From Octopus sinensis (taxonomy: Eukaryota): a stretch of 64,000 nucleotides of DNA. The DNA is taken from the NCBI RefSeq assembly GCF_006345805.1, contig NC_043002.1:46314001-46378000 (forward strand), given 5' to 3'. A program made the position numbers and the translations under genes. Below, one piece after another: positions 51,928-64,000 of this stretch. Position 1 is the first letter of the stretch; each line of letters opens with the position of its first letter. The notes beneath the pieces were generated by a model. The model saw only the letters and a program-made list of their open reading frames with translations, was not told where the DNA came from and ran no database searches.

Positions 51928-53904
51928 ATTAAATTCTAAGTAAATAAAACAGTGATGGCAATCAACAATTATCCACTACAAATATGTCGAAGGAAAGAAG
52001 TGGCACCAGAAAGAAGTGCTTTGTGTGAATGAAAATTGTTGTCTTATTTTTACAAATGTAAAAGTGGAAATGAGATGCAAAGGTGAAGAAGTGAGGTAGG
52101 AAAAAATGCAACAGAATTACAGTTAATTAAAGAATTATCCCATTCACACATACCCCATTGCATTTACATACAACATAGATAGCTACAGACATTGCTATGA
52201 TACTCATGCTATTATTGGTGTTTCCACTAGGTCATTCAAAAGTTAATAGCTTTGTTGTGGTGATGATGCTGGTTGTTTTGGTTTTGGTGAATGGGAGAAG
52301 GTATTTTTGGTGGCAGTGGTTATAGTGTTCTTGTTAATAGTATAGTTGTTGCTGTTTAGTCTTAAGTCAATTCTCATTGAAAAGATATCAGTCAAAAACA
52401 TTTTCATTCAAAGGATACTGGCTGAAAGACAAGTCATTTGATAGGCATTTGTAGAAAGACAAACTGATCAAAAACATACCATGTAACATCAAATGCATCA
52501 GAAAATACATTTGTCAGAAAATATTCACAGAAAGACATTATCATAGAATATCATACAAGTATTTGAAAACTTAATGTCAGCTTAGTTTTTTTTAAATACA
52601 ATATTATATTATATTATATTATATTATTTTAAAATCATAAGAATTGATCATTTTTTACACAAAAAAATATTTTACTGCATTTTCCAGCATTGTAGGTGCA
52701 GGTGTAGCTGTGTCGTAAGAAGCTTGCTTCCCAACCACATGGTTCCCCAAAGCCTTCTGAGTTGATTAGATAGATGGAAACTAAAAGAAGCTCATCATGT
52801 GTGTGTGTGCGTCTTTATGTCTGTGTTTGTCTCCACAATACTGCTTGACAACCGGTGCTGGTGTGTTTATATCTCCATAACTTGGCAGTTCAGTAAAAGA
52901 GACCAATAGAATACATATCAGGCTTATAAGAAAATAAATACTGGGGTTGATACATTCAACTAAAAACTCTTCAATGTGGTGCCCCAGCTTGGCAACAGTC
53001 TAGTGACTGAAACAAGTTAACAATAAAACATAAAACACAAGTTGAAATTTTCAAATCAGAATTTACAGCCCAAAAATTATAGGTCAACTTATACACCACA
53101 ATGACTTCAGATGACCAAAAATTCTATATGAAATGCAGCATGATTTGGAAAGACAGTGATGATATTTGAATATTTGCATATCATACTACATTGACTTGGA
53201 TTCCAGAAAATACTGTCATTTTTTTTTTTATGTATGGGTGTGTTACATATAACACATCCATCACAAAATAGATAAATATGTAAATCCTCTCACTGCTTTA
53301 CTAGCAATGATAATGATTTCTAAAAGAGGCAGGCAACCACAAATTTTATGAGAAGACCTAATAATTTGACTGTTGCTTATATTATCAATCCATTGAAGAT
53401 GACAGGCAAAGTTGAACCTGATAAGATTTGATTCTAGAAACTAAAAGAACGTAACGCAGTGCTATATGCTCTACAAGTTCATAGCTTCTCCACCCAACAC
53501 CCTTGTATTAATTATTTCTAATACAGGCACACAATCAGAACAATTCAATGGATAATAGTACTAATACTCTTGCAGCTGACCTCAATTAGTAATTGTGTGT
53601 TCAGCATATTTTTCTAAAATGATTTTGTGACATAAATAGTTATGGTTTATGGTTATCAGAAATAAATTCCTAAACTTGACATCAAACTGTGTACATTATA
53701 ATTAATCCTGATTTGTATAACTTCTAAATTTTAGAACTTTAAAACATTATATAATGATAAATTCAAATATCAATAAATCATTGCATTACATTTTTACGAT
53801 TTTTTTAACAATTTCTTTGGAAAATATTAAAATATCAACAAATTACACCTTGCTTTCCTTGATATGATTTAGGCATGGCAGTATAGTTAAGAAGCTAAGG
53901 CAGT

Positions 53905-54110
53905 AAGCTGGCAGAAATGCTAGCACACTGGGTGAAATGCTTAATGGCATTTTGTCTGTCTTTACATTCTGAGTTCAAATTCCACCAATGTCGGCTTTAC
54001 CTTTCATCCTTTCAGGGGTTGATAAATTAAGTACCAATTGTGTACTGGGGTTAATCTAATTGACTGGCCCCCTCCTCAAAAATTTCAGGCCTTGTGCCTA
54101 GAGTAGAAAA
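53905..54110 (+). mobile_element. Second-family SINE
   Basis: AGCTGGCAGAAATGCTAGC...GAGTTCAAATTCC...CCTTTCATCCTTTCAGGGGTTGATAAATTAAGTACC. Confidence 0.8.
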
Positions 54111-54240
54111 GTACAGTTAAGAAAGTTTTGGGTTCAGTCCCACTGCACAGTACCTTGGGCAAGTGAGTTCCACTATAGCCCCGGGTCAACCAATGCCATC
54201 TGAGTGAATTTAGTAAATGGAAGCTATGTGGAAGGCTGTC

Positions 54241-54308
<68 letters not shown>

Positions 54309-55339
54309 GAAAGCTGTTTGTCATGGCCAGTCAGAGAGTGACCTTTAGTTTCACACTTATAAGGCACTTAGCTGTATAGGCAACTCATCACATACATACA
54401 TGTGTGTGTGTGTGATTGTGCTTGTCGCCAGCCCACACAACTGATCTTGATTTGTTTACCTGATAGATTAAGTACCAGACTTAAAAATAATTACTGGGGA
54501 TGATTTGTTGGACTAAACCCTTTAAAGCAGTGCCCCAGCTTGGCCACAGTCCAATGACTGAAACAAGTAAAAGATAAAAATAAAAGTAAGATTTATTCAT
54601 TGATTTATACATTACCAATTTGTTTTTTTCTGAATGTCCAACCTATGACAGCATGGAGAACAGATGTTAAATGATGAAAATGTGTCTTACTACAAATATA
54701 CTTTTTTGCCAATTTATCTTTCAAGCAGTATGCTTTGAACTAATGTGTTTTTGAGTAATGTAAACCCATACATATATAAAGCAATTAATTATTTATTCTT
54801 TAAACATGTTGTTTAGAAATGATTCCAAACATAGAAAGTAGTGTAAATATTTTTTCATATTTCACATGAAACAGAACTTTTACATGATTGCCAAATAAGT
54901 AATCTGTTTGTTGATAGCAGAACAGTTCTGAAAAACATTTAAATTTACTAGGTAAAAATTTGCATGTGAATGCATGTAGAAAATGTTGAAATAAAATCTC
55001 TGCAAATCCACATTAAAAAAAATTAATAAACTAAAAATGTGAAGCTATGTGCAACAAAATGTGAATATTAATATAAAAATAGTAAAAGCTTTCAAAATAA
55101 ATTGAGAGAATAAAATACTTGAAAATTCAGTATGGGATGTTCATGTAAGATAGATTTCATTATTAACAGCAATGTAGAATGTAGAATCATTCATGTGTCA
55201 GAAAAATTCTTTTATTTCAGCTTTTTATATTCTGGCCAAATCCCATTGAGGTCCACTTTGCCTTCCATCCTTTCAGGGTTGTTAAAATAAAGTACCAGTC
55301 AAATTATAGGGTCAATTTTATTGACTAATCCCTTTCCCC

Positions 55340-57110
55340 TTGTACTCATTGCTTACTCTCACCTTAGTGACTGCACCACTGTACATGGCTTGTATAGCAC
55401 TTAAAAGTCATTTGTCTACCTCCAGCTTCCTCAATAACAACCAAATCACCAAATGAAGGACCCTGCCAGAGCATATCACAAGGCTGATGAATGCAAGGTA
55501 CAGTGGCTTACTCTTAGTCAAGTACTTCTGCAGTTGTCCTACTTTGCAATAGTCACAGAGCATCTTATCTAGGCTACTCCCTGATCAAATCCCTTCTGTA
55601 ACTGTCATAACTTGGTCTAGTAATTTGATAATTCCATAATTACATGTTTAAAACTTCTCTTTTTTGAATCAGTTGACAATGAAGCTGCTATGCCAGTCAC
55701 TGAGTGTCACATCCCTATACTCTTTGATTGACTATGTGGGTGACTATCCCATACCCTATACAGCGAGATATTTTAAGCATCTTGACAGTAATTCCTAGTG
55801 GACCAGGTGCTATACCTATTTCTTTACTACCCACAAGGGGATATACACAGAGGGGACAAACAAAAACAGACAAACGGATTAAGTAGATTATATCGACCCC
55901 AGTGCATAACTGGTACTTAATTTCTCGACCCTGAAAGGATGAAAGGCAAAGTCGACCTCGGCGTAATTTGAACTCAGAACGTAACGGCAGACGAAATACA
56001 GCCACGCATTTCGCCCGGCGTGCTAATGTTTCTGCCAGCTCGCCACCAGGTGCTATACCTGCTTCATAGCCTTAGTTGTTCTATTTTTCATACTACTGTC
56101 AACTTGATTGGCTAGTCCTTCTGTTGAGCCTACCATGAGAAGGTACCATTTCTTCCATGCTTTCTTCACACTTAACAGTTTTTCATAATACTTCCCTAGC
56201 TCTTTCTTTCAATGTCAGTAACAGCAAGTTGCTACTATCCATCAAGATTCACTTCTCCTCCTCAACAATTCTTTGGTTCTCTCAAGTACACTGCTTTACA
56301 AATAGAAACAGTTCATGCCTCTGATCCTTACTCTGTGGAACTTTGGCAAACCTCTTATTTTCTGGTAAGAACATCTGCTACATTGCTTCTCTTCTAGTTA
56401 TAGTTCTGTGCTACCCCATTTCTTTTAATCTTTTCATATCTCTTCCCTTTTATGGTTCTATCTACCTCACTGTTCCACCAACATGTTTGATCTGTAGCCC
56501 TCAGAAGGTTGTCCCATTGGTACTCCCAGTTGTCCTCTATGCTAAAATTCCCCATCTTCTCCTTCTTCTCATAAAATGCTTCACCTACAACTTCTCTCAG
56601 TTTCAGTTTGTTCAATAGATTTAATGTTCCTTTGCCATACTGCTTTGTGTCTCTGAGTTCTTGTAGTTCTATCTCTGAAGTCATTAATCACTAACTGATA
56701 TTCAGAGCTGTGTTTCACCAGAGAAAGACTTAATACTCACAACCATGTATTGATCCTATTTTCTGGAAAGAATGAGATCTTTTTAGCTTGTGATTTCATC
56801 TGATTAGCTGTTAATCAGGTGACTGGATACTTTCCTGACATAGTGTTATGAATTATCAAGCCATTAGTACCACATAAGTATCCAGGTATCTTCTTTCCTA
56901 CTTCTCCACAAACCAATGTCACAACCTCCATGCACATAATGGAATCCATCAAAGTGCTGCTTAACATGTCTGTTGAAGTCACCCACTATAATGAAGTTAT
57001 TGTTAGTTATGACCAAAGTTGTCTACATGAGGGTCTCATAGAAATGGTCCTTCTGTTCATCTGACAGCCTAAGTTATGGAGCATATGCAGAACTAACATT
57101 GTTGTAGCAT
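55340..57110 (-). mobile_element. Degenerate RTE-clade LINE (endonuclease to RT), interrupted by a SINE
   Basis: SAYAP*LRLSDEQKDHFYE...IIVGDFNRHV...HGG; TCWWNSEV; QLQKYLTKSKPLYLAFI; LRKLEVDK*LLSAIQAMY. Confidence 0.85.
55818..56044 (-). mobile_element. Intact second-family SINE with 16-bp TSD
   Basis: TSD ACCAGGTGCTATACCT at 55802-55817 and 56045-56060; head GGCGAGCTGGCAGAA, box B-like GTTCAAATTAC. Confidence 0.92.
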
Positions 57111-57551
57111 TATCTGAGATGAGTCAAAGCTTAATTATATTATCACACACGTACGAACTACTTCAATTATCCATCTGTATGCCTGCCTACCAGTCTACAC
57201 ATATACACCTCTGTTTGTGTGTATATATGTGTGTGTTTCCTTTGTTTCAGCCATCCCAAAAATCGATGAACATGGGAGAAGCACTGCAAAACAAAGATGC
57301 ATCATGTGGCATTATGACCTCACTGGTTGATGCCAGTCAGAAGACTAATGCCTGAGGGTTGCATCAAGTGGCTTCTAGCAGTGAAAAGCTGAACTACAAT
57401 GGCTTTGTCCCACAGAGAATGTTTCTGGTTGCTTTTGGGGGCCCCCCTTGTGTGTGTGTGTGTGTGTTATACACATATATATTATATATATCTGCAGAGC
57501 AGATTTAGATGGAGTACTCAAGATACAGAAAACTAAAAGGGGAGAACATGG

Positions 57552-57759
57552 TATATCAGGTCTGACAGTTGTTTCTGGGGGCTCAGAATTACATAGTAGT
57601 TGTAATGTTGTTAGGTGGAATATGCAACCAGTAGTGGATGCATAAAATCCATAAATCTGGCCTCCATCTTCAGGGTGAGAAGATTGGTATCTCCATCTGC
57701 CAACATTACAACTGATACATAATTCTGAACTACCTGAAACAGTCATCAGATTTGATATA
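57552..57759. repeat. Old imperfect inverted repeat (59-bp arms)
   Basis: 57552-57610 versus 57701-57759; CAACATTACAACT/AGTTGTAATGTTG and TATATCA..TCTGA blocks match. Confidence 0.75.
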
Positions 57760-57975
57760 ATATGCCCTCTCCCTTTAGTTTTCTATATCTTTTGTACTCT
57801 GTATAAATCTGTCTGCAAATATAGAAATGTCTATATGCTTATACATAAGTATTTACCATTTGAATATTTAGTTTTCATTTCTGTCTATACATATTCTTGT
57901 ATATATTTACATACAAATATCTATATATATTTTATAGATCAAGCCCAAATGTCTTCATTTGTTTATTTGCATCAC

Positions 57976-57979
<4 letters not shown>

Positions 57980-58008
<29 letters not shown>

Positions 58009-58009
58009 G

Positions 58010-58065
<56 letters not shown>

Positions 58066-58325
58066 CCTATCAATCTACCTATCTATCTACCTACACATGC
58101 ACACACACACTCATATATATATATAGTTGTATTTGCATGTGTGTGCATAAATATATATATATATATATATATTACATGTGTATGCATATATGTTTGTATA
58201 TATATATATGTATATTATATGTATGTATGTGTGTGTATATTATATATATGTGTGTGTGTGATGTGCATGTGTATGTATATAAATATATACATATGTGTAT
58301 GCATGTATGTATTTATGTATGTATC
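57980..58325. repeat. Compound (CT)n/(CTAT)n/(TA/TG)n microsatellite
   Basis: Direct reading. Confidence 0.9.
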
Positions 58326-59059
58326 ATAACCATTATTACCAAGGTTTTGAGGGGAGGAGAGGTTTGTTTTCTTTATTTCTGGTTTATTTTTGTTTTTGTT
58401 TTAGTTTTCGTTCATTTTTCAGGAAAATACAGTCATACTTATTTGTATAAATATTCCACCAGTACTCTTTTATAATCTAGATGTTAACTATTATTCACAA
58501 CATTTCAAATTGCAATGTTTTCACAAACACTGATGTGAAAATATATACACTTCTCCATACTAATATAACAGTGTGCAACCAAACCCAACAGATGGCAATG
58601 AAGATTTCCACATAAGGCTCTATGTCTCTACAACTGCATTAATGCATTATCTTCAAAACGCAGATAAAAAGGAAAATATCAAGGGAGATTTCTTTGTGAA
58701 ATTATTTGTGACTGTACGACATGGGCGTGGCTTCATTTTCTGTAAGAAGCAGCATAAGAGCGATGTTAATTCCAGTAAACTTTCAGCAACAAAGCAGTAT
58801 GGTGACTCAGAAGGGATAAAACATTATTTCAATACAGTTCCCGAGAATGGAGTAAACAGCATCTGGGACAGATGCTTGAATTAGAGGGAGAAAATGAATG
58901 AAATAAAAATGTCCTATTTTATTTGAAAGTGATATACGGCAAATAGCAGCTGCTAGAAAATACAATGAGGAGGCAAAAGCTGTACAATACCTTCTAGCTT
59001 CTATTAGGCAATCAAAGTTTATTCTCATTAAAGAAGATGACAAATAAGTAATGCACCAT

Positions 59060-59524
59060 TTACCTATATATATATATATATATATATGTACACACACATA
59101 CATACATATTCATACATATTTATGTATATATATATATGTATATATATATACACATATACATACATAGTCATATACGTATATATATATATACGCATATACA
59201 TACATATTCATATTTATATATATATATATATATATATACATACATATCCATACATATTCATATTTATATATATACATATACATACATATTCAAATTTATA
59301 TATATATACATAACCATACATATTTATATACATACACACATACATACACACATACATATACATACACACATATATATATACACACATATATAGATATGCT
59401 TACACACACATATATATATACATATGCATGTATATATACATGTGTATGTATATATACATATATAGGTATATATACATATATATACATACATATATATGTA
59501 TATATACATGCATATGTATATATA

Positions 59525-59555
<31 letters not shown>

Positions 59556-59560
59556 ATACA
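59060..59560. repeat. Long degenerate (TA)/(CA)/(TG) microsatellite
   Basis: Direct reading. Confidence 0.9.
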
Positions 59561-59570
59561 TACATTTATA

Positions 59571-60870
59571 CAGGGTGCGATGTATAAATTGTCCCCATTT
59601 TATATTTTTGATTTCGCACATGTGCATTGTTTGTTTGTGATTTTGTTGACTACACAGTATAGTAACATCATTTGGGCACTGTCTGTGAAAAAAAACAGCG
59701 CCAAGGCACAATTCACTCAACCAGAAATTACGAAACAACATGCTGTACTGCTTGGTATTAACACTGGGAACTCCAATACAAACATTTCAGAGTGTTTACA
59801 TGTCAATCTGAGGATAGTGCAGAGGATTCAGAAAGAGTTGGATGAGTCTAATGATGATTATGAAGGTATGGCAGCTCAGAAAACTTGCTCTGATTGTGCT
59901 GATGAGAAAAGAACTCCTGAATTTATTGGTGAGATCCAGGCCATGATTGACAACAATTCCTCCAATTCAACGAGGTCCATCACCAGAGATATGGGAGTAT
60001 CTGAGTATCTTATTAGGCAGGTAATGCATGAAGACATTAGCTATTCTTCATACCAGAGAGAAAGGTAAAATTTTTATCCCAACCCATCCAGGACAAGGAA
60101 AAACTGCGCTAAAAAGCTTTTGAACAAACTCAAGCATCCCTTCCAACTGAACATGTTTTGGTTTCTCTCAGATGATAAAAATTTCTGCCAAGATCAGATG
60201 GTGAACACACAGAACAACCATTGGCTTGCTGTGTCCCAAAAACATGTACCGAGAGTGGTAAAGCGCAAACATCCAGTCAACATCATGGTGTTTGGAGTGA
60301 TCACTAGTGATGGCAATGTTATACCTCTAGTCATCTTCCCATACGGCCTCAGACTCAATACGGAGGCCTACATCAAGTGCCTAGAGGAGGTAGTGTTGCC
60401 CTAGGTGAAGAGCATGGCTGCTGGAAGACAGTGTCTAGCAACAGGACTCTACACCATGTCACACAAGCAGGAGAACCCAATTATACCTGTCAGACAATTT
60501 CTGCGACCACATCACCCTTACCATCTGGCCACCTAACCCCCTAGATTGCAAACCTCTTGATTATTATGTGTGGGGCACAGTTGAGCGAGAGACCACCAAA
60601 ACTCCTTGTAACACCAAAGTTGAACTGAAGGCAAGGATTATGGCAGCATTCACAAACTTAAACAAGGTGACCATTTAGAAGAGTTGCAGGAGATTCCAAA
60701 GTTGTCTGGAGGCTGTGGTTGAAGCCAATAGAGATTTTATTGAATAGATTTACTGTTTAGTATTTCAAGATATTTTCACATAATTTTGGTAAATATATCT
60801 GTTAAAATGAGATGTAAGACATGTTTTCATTTTTGCATAATTTAGATGACAATTTATTCACCACACCCTG
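59571..60870 (+). mobile_element. Full-length (1300 bp) defective Tc1/mariner transposon, DD37D (maT) type
   Basis: TA|CAGGGTG...ATAAATTGTC ... GACAATTTAT...CACCCTG|TA. Catalytic motifs WFLSD, QQDS and WPPN...PLDYYVWG, with 37 residues between the second and third D. Internal stops and frameshifts. Confidence 0.95.
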
Positions 60871-60900
60871 TACATATTATACATATGTATATATATAAAA

Positions 60901-61127
60901 AACACCATCCGAGCGTGGCCGTTCGCCAGCCTCGTCTGGCACCTGTGTCGGTGGCACATAAAATCACCCACTACACTCTCGGAGTGGTTGGCGTTAGGAA
61001 GGGCATCCAGCTGTAGAAACACTGCCAGATCTGACTGGCCTGGTGCAGCCTTCGGGCTCCCCAGACCCCAGTTGAACCATCCAACCCATGCTAGCATGGA
61101 AAGCAGATGTTAAACGATGATGATGAT
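60901..61127 (+). mobile_element. RTE-type 3' end with (GAT)n tail
   Basis: GGTTGGCGTTAGGAAGGGCATCCAGCTGTAGAAAC...TTAAACGATGATGATG. Confidence 0.75.
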
Positions 61128-61399
61128 ATATATATATATACATACATACAATTATACATATATATGTATATATACATACATATATATATATGTATATATA
61201 CAAACATTGGCCTGCTCGCTTAGCCAGTGGGGTGGCGTCATTTGAAGGCTAAAACAATGCGAAGCACATTGTGACCAACGATGTGTAGCAACATCTGATA
61301 GCCTGGTCGGTCACAGTGATCATGGTGATATACAAACATATGTACACACATTTTGTCAATAAGTATCTGGAATGTAATGAAGCTAAAGCACAGGGAGTG

Positions 61400-61700
61400 A
61401 AGTTGCTTGGCACAGATTGACATTGATCTCTGTTTTGTATGCACAATAAGTTTTAACATTCTAGCTCACTTTTGTTGTTTACAGCAGTGCTTGGAAGTAA
61501 CAGGTGTAGCGTGTGTTCATCACATTGACCATGACAGAAAAAGTTGTGCTGAGAATCTGCATCAAATTTTGCCAAAAGCTTGGCGATACCTACTGAGAGG
61601 CCTATGCAAAGTTTTCAAATAGTTTTCATCGTTCTTGACACAATCAAGGAGATCCTGTATAACTGGTGCATCTTTCCAGGTGCATATTACTAAGCTGGCA
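61400..61700 (+). mobile_element. mariner 5' fragment
   Basis: MTEKVVLRICIKFCQKLG resembles the mariner transposase N-terminus (QRICIKFC.KLG). Confidence 0.6.
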
Positions 61701-62440
61701 ATAAAATGCAGACAGCTGGCTGTATGGATCCTTAAAACTGACAGAACAAGAGAACAGGAAACTATGATGGTCTTTTAGAGAACATATATCCTCAGCTGCT
61801 CCCAGCTTTGGTCACCACACTGTAAAATTAATGGTGGAACTTGAAGCAATCCAGTAAAGCTACACAAAGAAGATTATATGAATACAATTTATCAGCAACT
61901 GGGAAAGGCTGAAAAAATTAAGACTCTACTCCCTAGAATGAAGGTGGAAAAGACAGACAGGCAAACAGATGCAATGTTGTACAAACAAGCCTTGAATAAA
62001 AAGATATTCATGGCAAGTCATATTTAATATGTTCAAATGTATTGGGACCTTTCACTATGGAGATAGCCCTGGGAGGAATTTCACACCTGGACAAGTGCGA
62101 AAACATTTTCTGGGTTATGAATGATGTCATTGTATCATAGAAGATATGAATTCCTGAATTGTTCTGTTTTATCACCTACAAAAACTGAGCCTGTCATTCA
62201 ATTACAAAATATTTCATATTAATACATCATACAGAATATTTACTGATGTACAAAAAACTTAGCCTGTAATCATTTAAAATAATAATGTTGTACAAAGCAA
62301 TGTTAAATAAAGTATTCATCTGGGTCTGAGTGTATTCAGATGTGATAAGACTGCAGAGATAATCCTCGGAGAAAATTCTTCACCTAGACATATGTGAAAC
62401 CATATTTTGGAAGCTGTGCATGAGATGATTGTAGGATGCA

Positions 62441-62478
<38 letters not shown>

Positions 62479-62519
62479 ATATATACATAATATATATATA
62501 TATGCATAATATATATACA

Positions 62520-62730
62520 TATATGTGTGTGTTTGTGTGTCTGTGTTTGTCTCTTCAACATTGCTTGACAATCGATGCTGGTGTGTTTACATCCCCGTTA
62601 CTTAGCGGTTCGGGGAAAGAGACCGATAGAATAAGTACTAGGCTTCCAAAGAATAACTCCTGGGGTTGATTTGCTCGACTAAAGGCAGTACTCCAGCATG
62701 GCCACAGTCAAATGACTGAAACAAGTAATA
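62520..62730 (+). mobile_element. 3' half of an 8239-family SINE
   Basis: TTGACAATCGATGCTGGTGTG...CCAGCATGGCCACAGTCAAATGACTGAAACAAG. Confidence 0.85.
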
Positions 62731-62744
62731 AATATATATATAAA

Positions 62745-63190
62745 TTTTTTTTATTCTCTCTAATTTCAGTTCAGAGCTGCAACCATGCTGATGCACCGCC
62801 GTTTTACTACACTGTTATTACTAAGAGCCTCCTCTAATATGTGGCACTTGGTGAAGAATGGAGTTTGATATAGCTACCCTCTTTTGCACCTCTTGCCATG
62901 AGGTAGGTTCATCTGGGACTCTTGATGGGAAGAGGTCCAGCTTTGATTTACAAACCCCTACATCTACTTTGTGCAAGTTCCTCAGACTCTTTGGGAGAAT
63001 ATTAAAAAGCTGTGGGCCCTTGAAACCCAGGCTGTTGCAGTAACTGGTCCTGAAGCGTGATGGCATTGCTGGGATCTTTGGCACTATGCAGTGTCGTCCC
63101 GTTCTGACATTGGTGTAGCTTTCATTGTATATATATACTGTATGTTTGATAAAAACATACACAATGAACCATCCATTCATCTTCTCCACC
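62745..63190 (-). mobile_element. 3' end of a CR1/L2-group LINE with 3'UTR
   Basis: TSYCNSLGFKGPQLFNILPKSLRNL...KSKLDLF...VPDEP...SNSIL, stop at 62821, short UTR and A-rich tail. Confidence 0.75.
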
Positions 63191-63424
63191 CACCATTCCT
63201 GGAAGGATGATGGGAGTAGAGTCCTCAGGAACCTCCTCTATTGAGTCCAATCAAAATCAAATATCATTACATTTCTGGCCGGATTCCCAAGTATGACCAA
63301 CTGAGACTATGGATATTATCCAGCCTAATTGTTCTTGGTCTACTGTCAATTGGCTGAGTTTGAAGAATCTGTCTTGTAATTTTTTGCTGCAGCATTCTAA
63401 TCATATGTTCACTCAAATGTGGCA

Positions 63425-63720
63425 AGGCCACTGGGATGGATGAAATTCAGCCTGATATGTTAAAAGCCTTAAATAGAGAAGGTATTTTGTGGCTGGTTCA
63501 TTTACACCAGGGGACCTGGACTTCTAGAAAGTCACCAAAGCAATGGCAATCCAAGCTGTTAATCCCAACTTTTAAAAAGAGAGACAAGAAAGAGTATTCT
63601 AATTATCACAGAATCTCCTTGTTGAGCTTCCTAGATGTCTGGAAAAAAGATGTAGGGAAATGGTCGAGCCCAAGCTAGCCAAAGAACAGTATAGCTTCCA
63701 TCCTGGACACAGCATATTCA
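63425..63720 (+). mobile_element. LINE RT fragment (RTE-like)
   Basis: GMDEIQPDMLKAL...WQSKLLIPTFKKRDKKEYSNYHRISLLS. Confidence 0.8.
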
Positions 63721-64000
63721 CTCTACAGTAGGTCTATGATAAACCCATTTCTATCATAATTTCTTTGAATTTACATTTACTAACCATCTTTCTAAATTAC
63801 TACAGAAAGAAAAAAAGAAAACAATTTTGCTACATAGTGATTAGTCCAATTTTGTAAAGCATTATAGGTACAGCAGTTATCAGTTTAGGTATTAGCCCAC
63901 TGATCACATGCTACAGAGTTCCAACCTTACCAGAGCCAGTATACAAAGTGCAGCTTATTCTTCATGTGCTAACATGCCTGTTTAACAACAAGCATCTCTT

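Overview
AT-rich, microsatellite-dense eukaryotic DNA whose SINE, LINE and DNA-transposon content points to a cephalopod, most likely Octopus (inference; no search run). One intact protein-coding gene is recognisable: a minus-strand SERTA-domain gene (SERTAD2/TRIP-Br/taranis-like). Its whole CDS lies in one exon (21674-22516), with a probable non-coding first exon ending at 26588 and possibly a 3'UTR of about 9 kb containing a strand-asymmetric RNA hairpin. A second minus-strand gene may start near 560-1000 and run off the left edge. The rest is a TE patchwork: two head-to-tail Helitron derivatives, decayed RTE and CR1-like LINEs, several tRNA-derived SINE families (two copies with clear TSDs), two DD37D/maT transposons, a pogo/Tigger remnant, piggyBac and mariner MITEs, and several foldback structures. 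Most ORFs in the supplied track are microsatellite or TE artefacts. There are no CRISPR, rRNA or true tRNA genes. Boundaries of decayed repeats are approximate (tens of bp).
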